Shown piece after piece: positions 62,862-64,000 of a stretch of 64,000 bases of DNA (position 1 is its first letter; each line of letters starts with the position of its first letter). The notes under the pieces were generated by a model that made no database searches, had not been told where the DNA came from, and was given only the letters and a program-made list of their open reading frames with translations. Made by a program: the position numbers and the translations under genes. This DNA is from Paraspadella gotoi (Eukaryota > Animalia > Chaetognatha). The stretch is from NCBI GenBank assembly GCA_051294375.1, contig JBJCIZ010000009.1, positions 80,184 through 144,183 of the forward strand. The letters are read 5' to 3'.

Positions 62862-64000
62862 TTTGTTATTTATTATTTGTTTGTTACTTAATTTTTTTGT
62901 CATTATGATTTCTCGATTCCATCTAAAATTTAATTTATTTATTTTATTTATTTATTTGTTTTGTTACTTAATTTTTTGTCCATTATGATTTCTCGATTCC
63001 AATCTAAAATTCGCGACTTCCATCATCAAATCAATTTCTCTCTTCTTTTTTCCCGACTTCGTTATTCTCTCCAAATTCTAATCTCTTCATATTCTAGTTA
63101 ATCCTTCCTTCATTTATCTTCCTAATAGTTTTTCTTTTCCTTTTTTTCCCTAAATTTTATGATTTGATTTGACTACTTCTTTTTTTTTCTTTTTCATACA
63201 ATATTTTTTTTCTCCCTTCTTTCTTCATAATCATGTATATATTTAATTTTTAATGTGAAAATTTTAAATTTACTTTACTATTGTGTAATTCATATTATTG
63301 AATATATATAACTTATATAAATATATATAACTTTATCTTAAACCACTGTACTCTTTGAAGCATTATAAAGCAAAATACTTTATATACAAATTCCAACTTC
63401 CATTTCACAAAATTCACCCTCACAAAAATAATCACCCAACCAACCGACTCGGAATCACCCAACGCTTCACTCCAGAATCCACCAGCCCATGGAGAATTCG
63501 TGTCACCGCGTCACAGATTTTTCGGCGCAAAAAAAAAAACAACAACCAGAAACGTCAACTGAAAATTAAGGGGAATTGGAAAAGCGAGATAGAGAGAGAG
63601 AGATCGATGAGAGAGAGAGAGGAGAGATGAGATGAGAGGAGAGAGGAGAGAGAGATGAGGGAGAGAGAGAGAGAGAGAGACGCATACTCAAGGAGATCGA
63701 AGAAATTTAATATAAACGCTGTTTGTTGGATTTACATAAATAATTCAAAGGAAAGACTGAAAATGATGTCTTAATGAAAATAACATGAAAATCTGTTGTA
63801 AAATAAAAAAAATTTTTTTTTTTAAATAACGAAAGATGACGATGACGACGACGACGACGACGGACGACGACAAAAACAATCACAACTTAAAAAAATAACA
63901 AAAACAAAAACAATCAGTGGGTAAATCAGTTTGCAACAATACATTTAAGGCCAACGACACATCATGCGTTTTATGCGTCTCGATGTTAATATCTTATAAT
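54750..64000 (+). repeat. Error-rich direct duplicate of 3560-~15420, including PPT (~56522-56533), inverted gag fragment and LTR (57424-57975, minus)
   Basis: Collinear similarity with dense 1-bp indels. Begins after a 25-N run. Confidence 0.9.
61821..62057 (-). mobile_element. Full-length copy of the tRNA-derived SINE-like element, 5-bp TSD CTATT
   Basis: Homologous to 28056-28246. CTATT at 61816-61820 and 62058-62062. Empty site at ~13170. Confidence 0.75.

Noticed and set aside
54750-64000. Genuine 3' end of Pao copy B, or a true segmental duplication
   Set aside because: It shares the flank beyond the LTR with copy A, has raw-read error patterns and starts at a 25-N run. It is more likely the alternate haplotype of the copy A locus.

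Overview
This is AT-rich, microsatellite-rich eukaryotic (metazoan-like) DNA with short GT-AG introns, from a draft assembly patched with noisy long reads. Host genes are an intronless XK-related membrane protein (20608-23025), a 6-exon UBALD/FAM100 gene, a two-RRM Musashi/hnRNP-A-like gene, a small Pro/Ser-rich ORF and the 3' two-thirds of an ACAP (centaurin-beta) Arf-GAP gene. The main interest is a BEL/Pao LTR retrotransposon family present twice. Copy B (about 44.7-54.7 kb) has gag and an intact pol in one frame, separated by a single UGA-C stop, which is a candidate for readthrough. Downstream of its integrase are extra, apparently spliced ORFs. Copy A (1-6660) shows more than 5 kb of 3' accessory region with intron-containing antisense genes, then a polypurine tract (PPT) and an LTR start fused head-to-head with an inverted 5'LTR-PBS-gag segment. 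Accessory ORFs of both copies share a motif I do not recognise (A[WY]NxPxxPxIxGTS...W[KR]RVA), suggesting a large Pao element carrying its own spliced accessory gene family. Segments 9.8-13 kb, 15.7-19.2 kb and 54.75-64 kb are largely redundant, error-rich copies of 3.56-15.4 kb and are probably gap-filling artefacts or the other haplotype.
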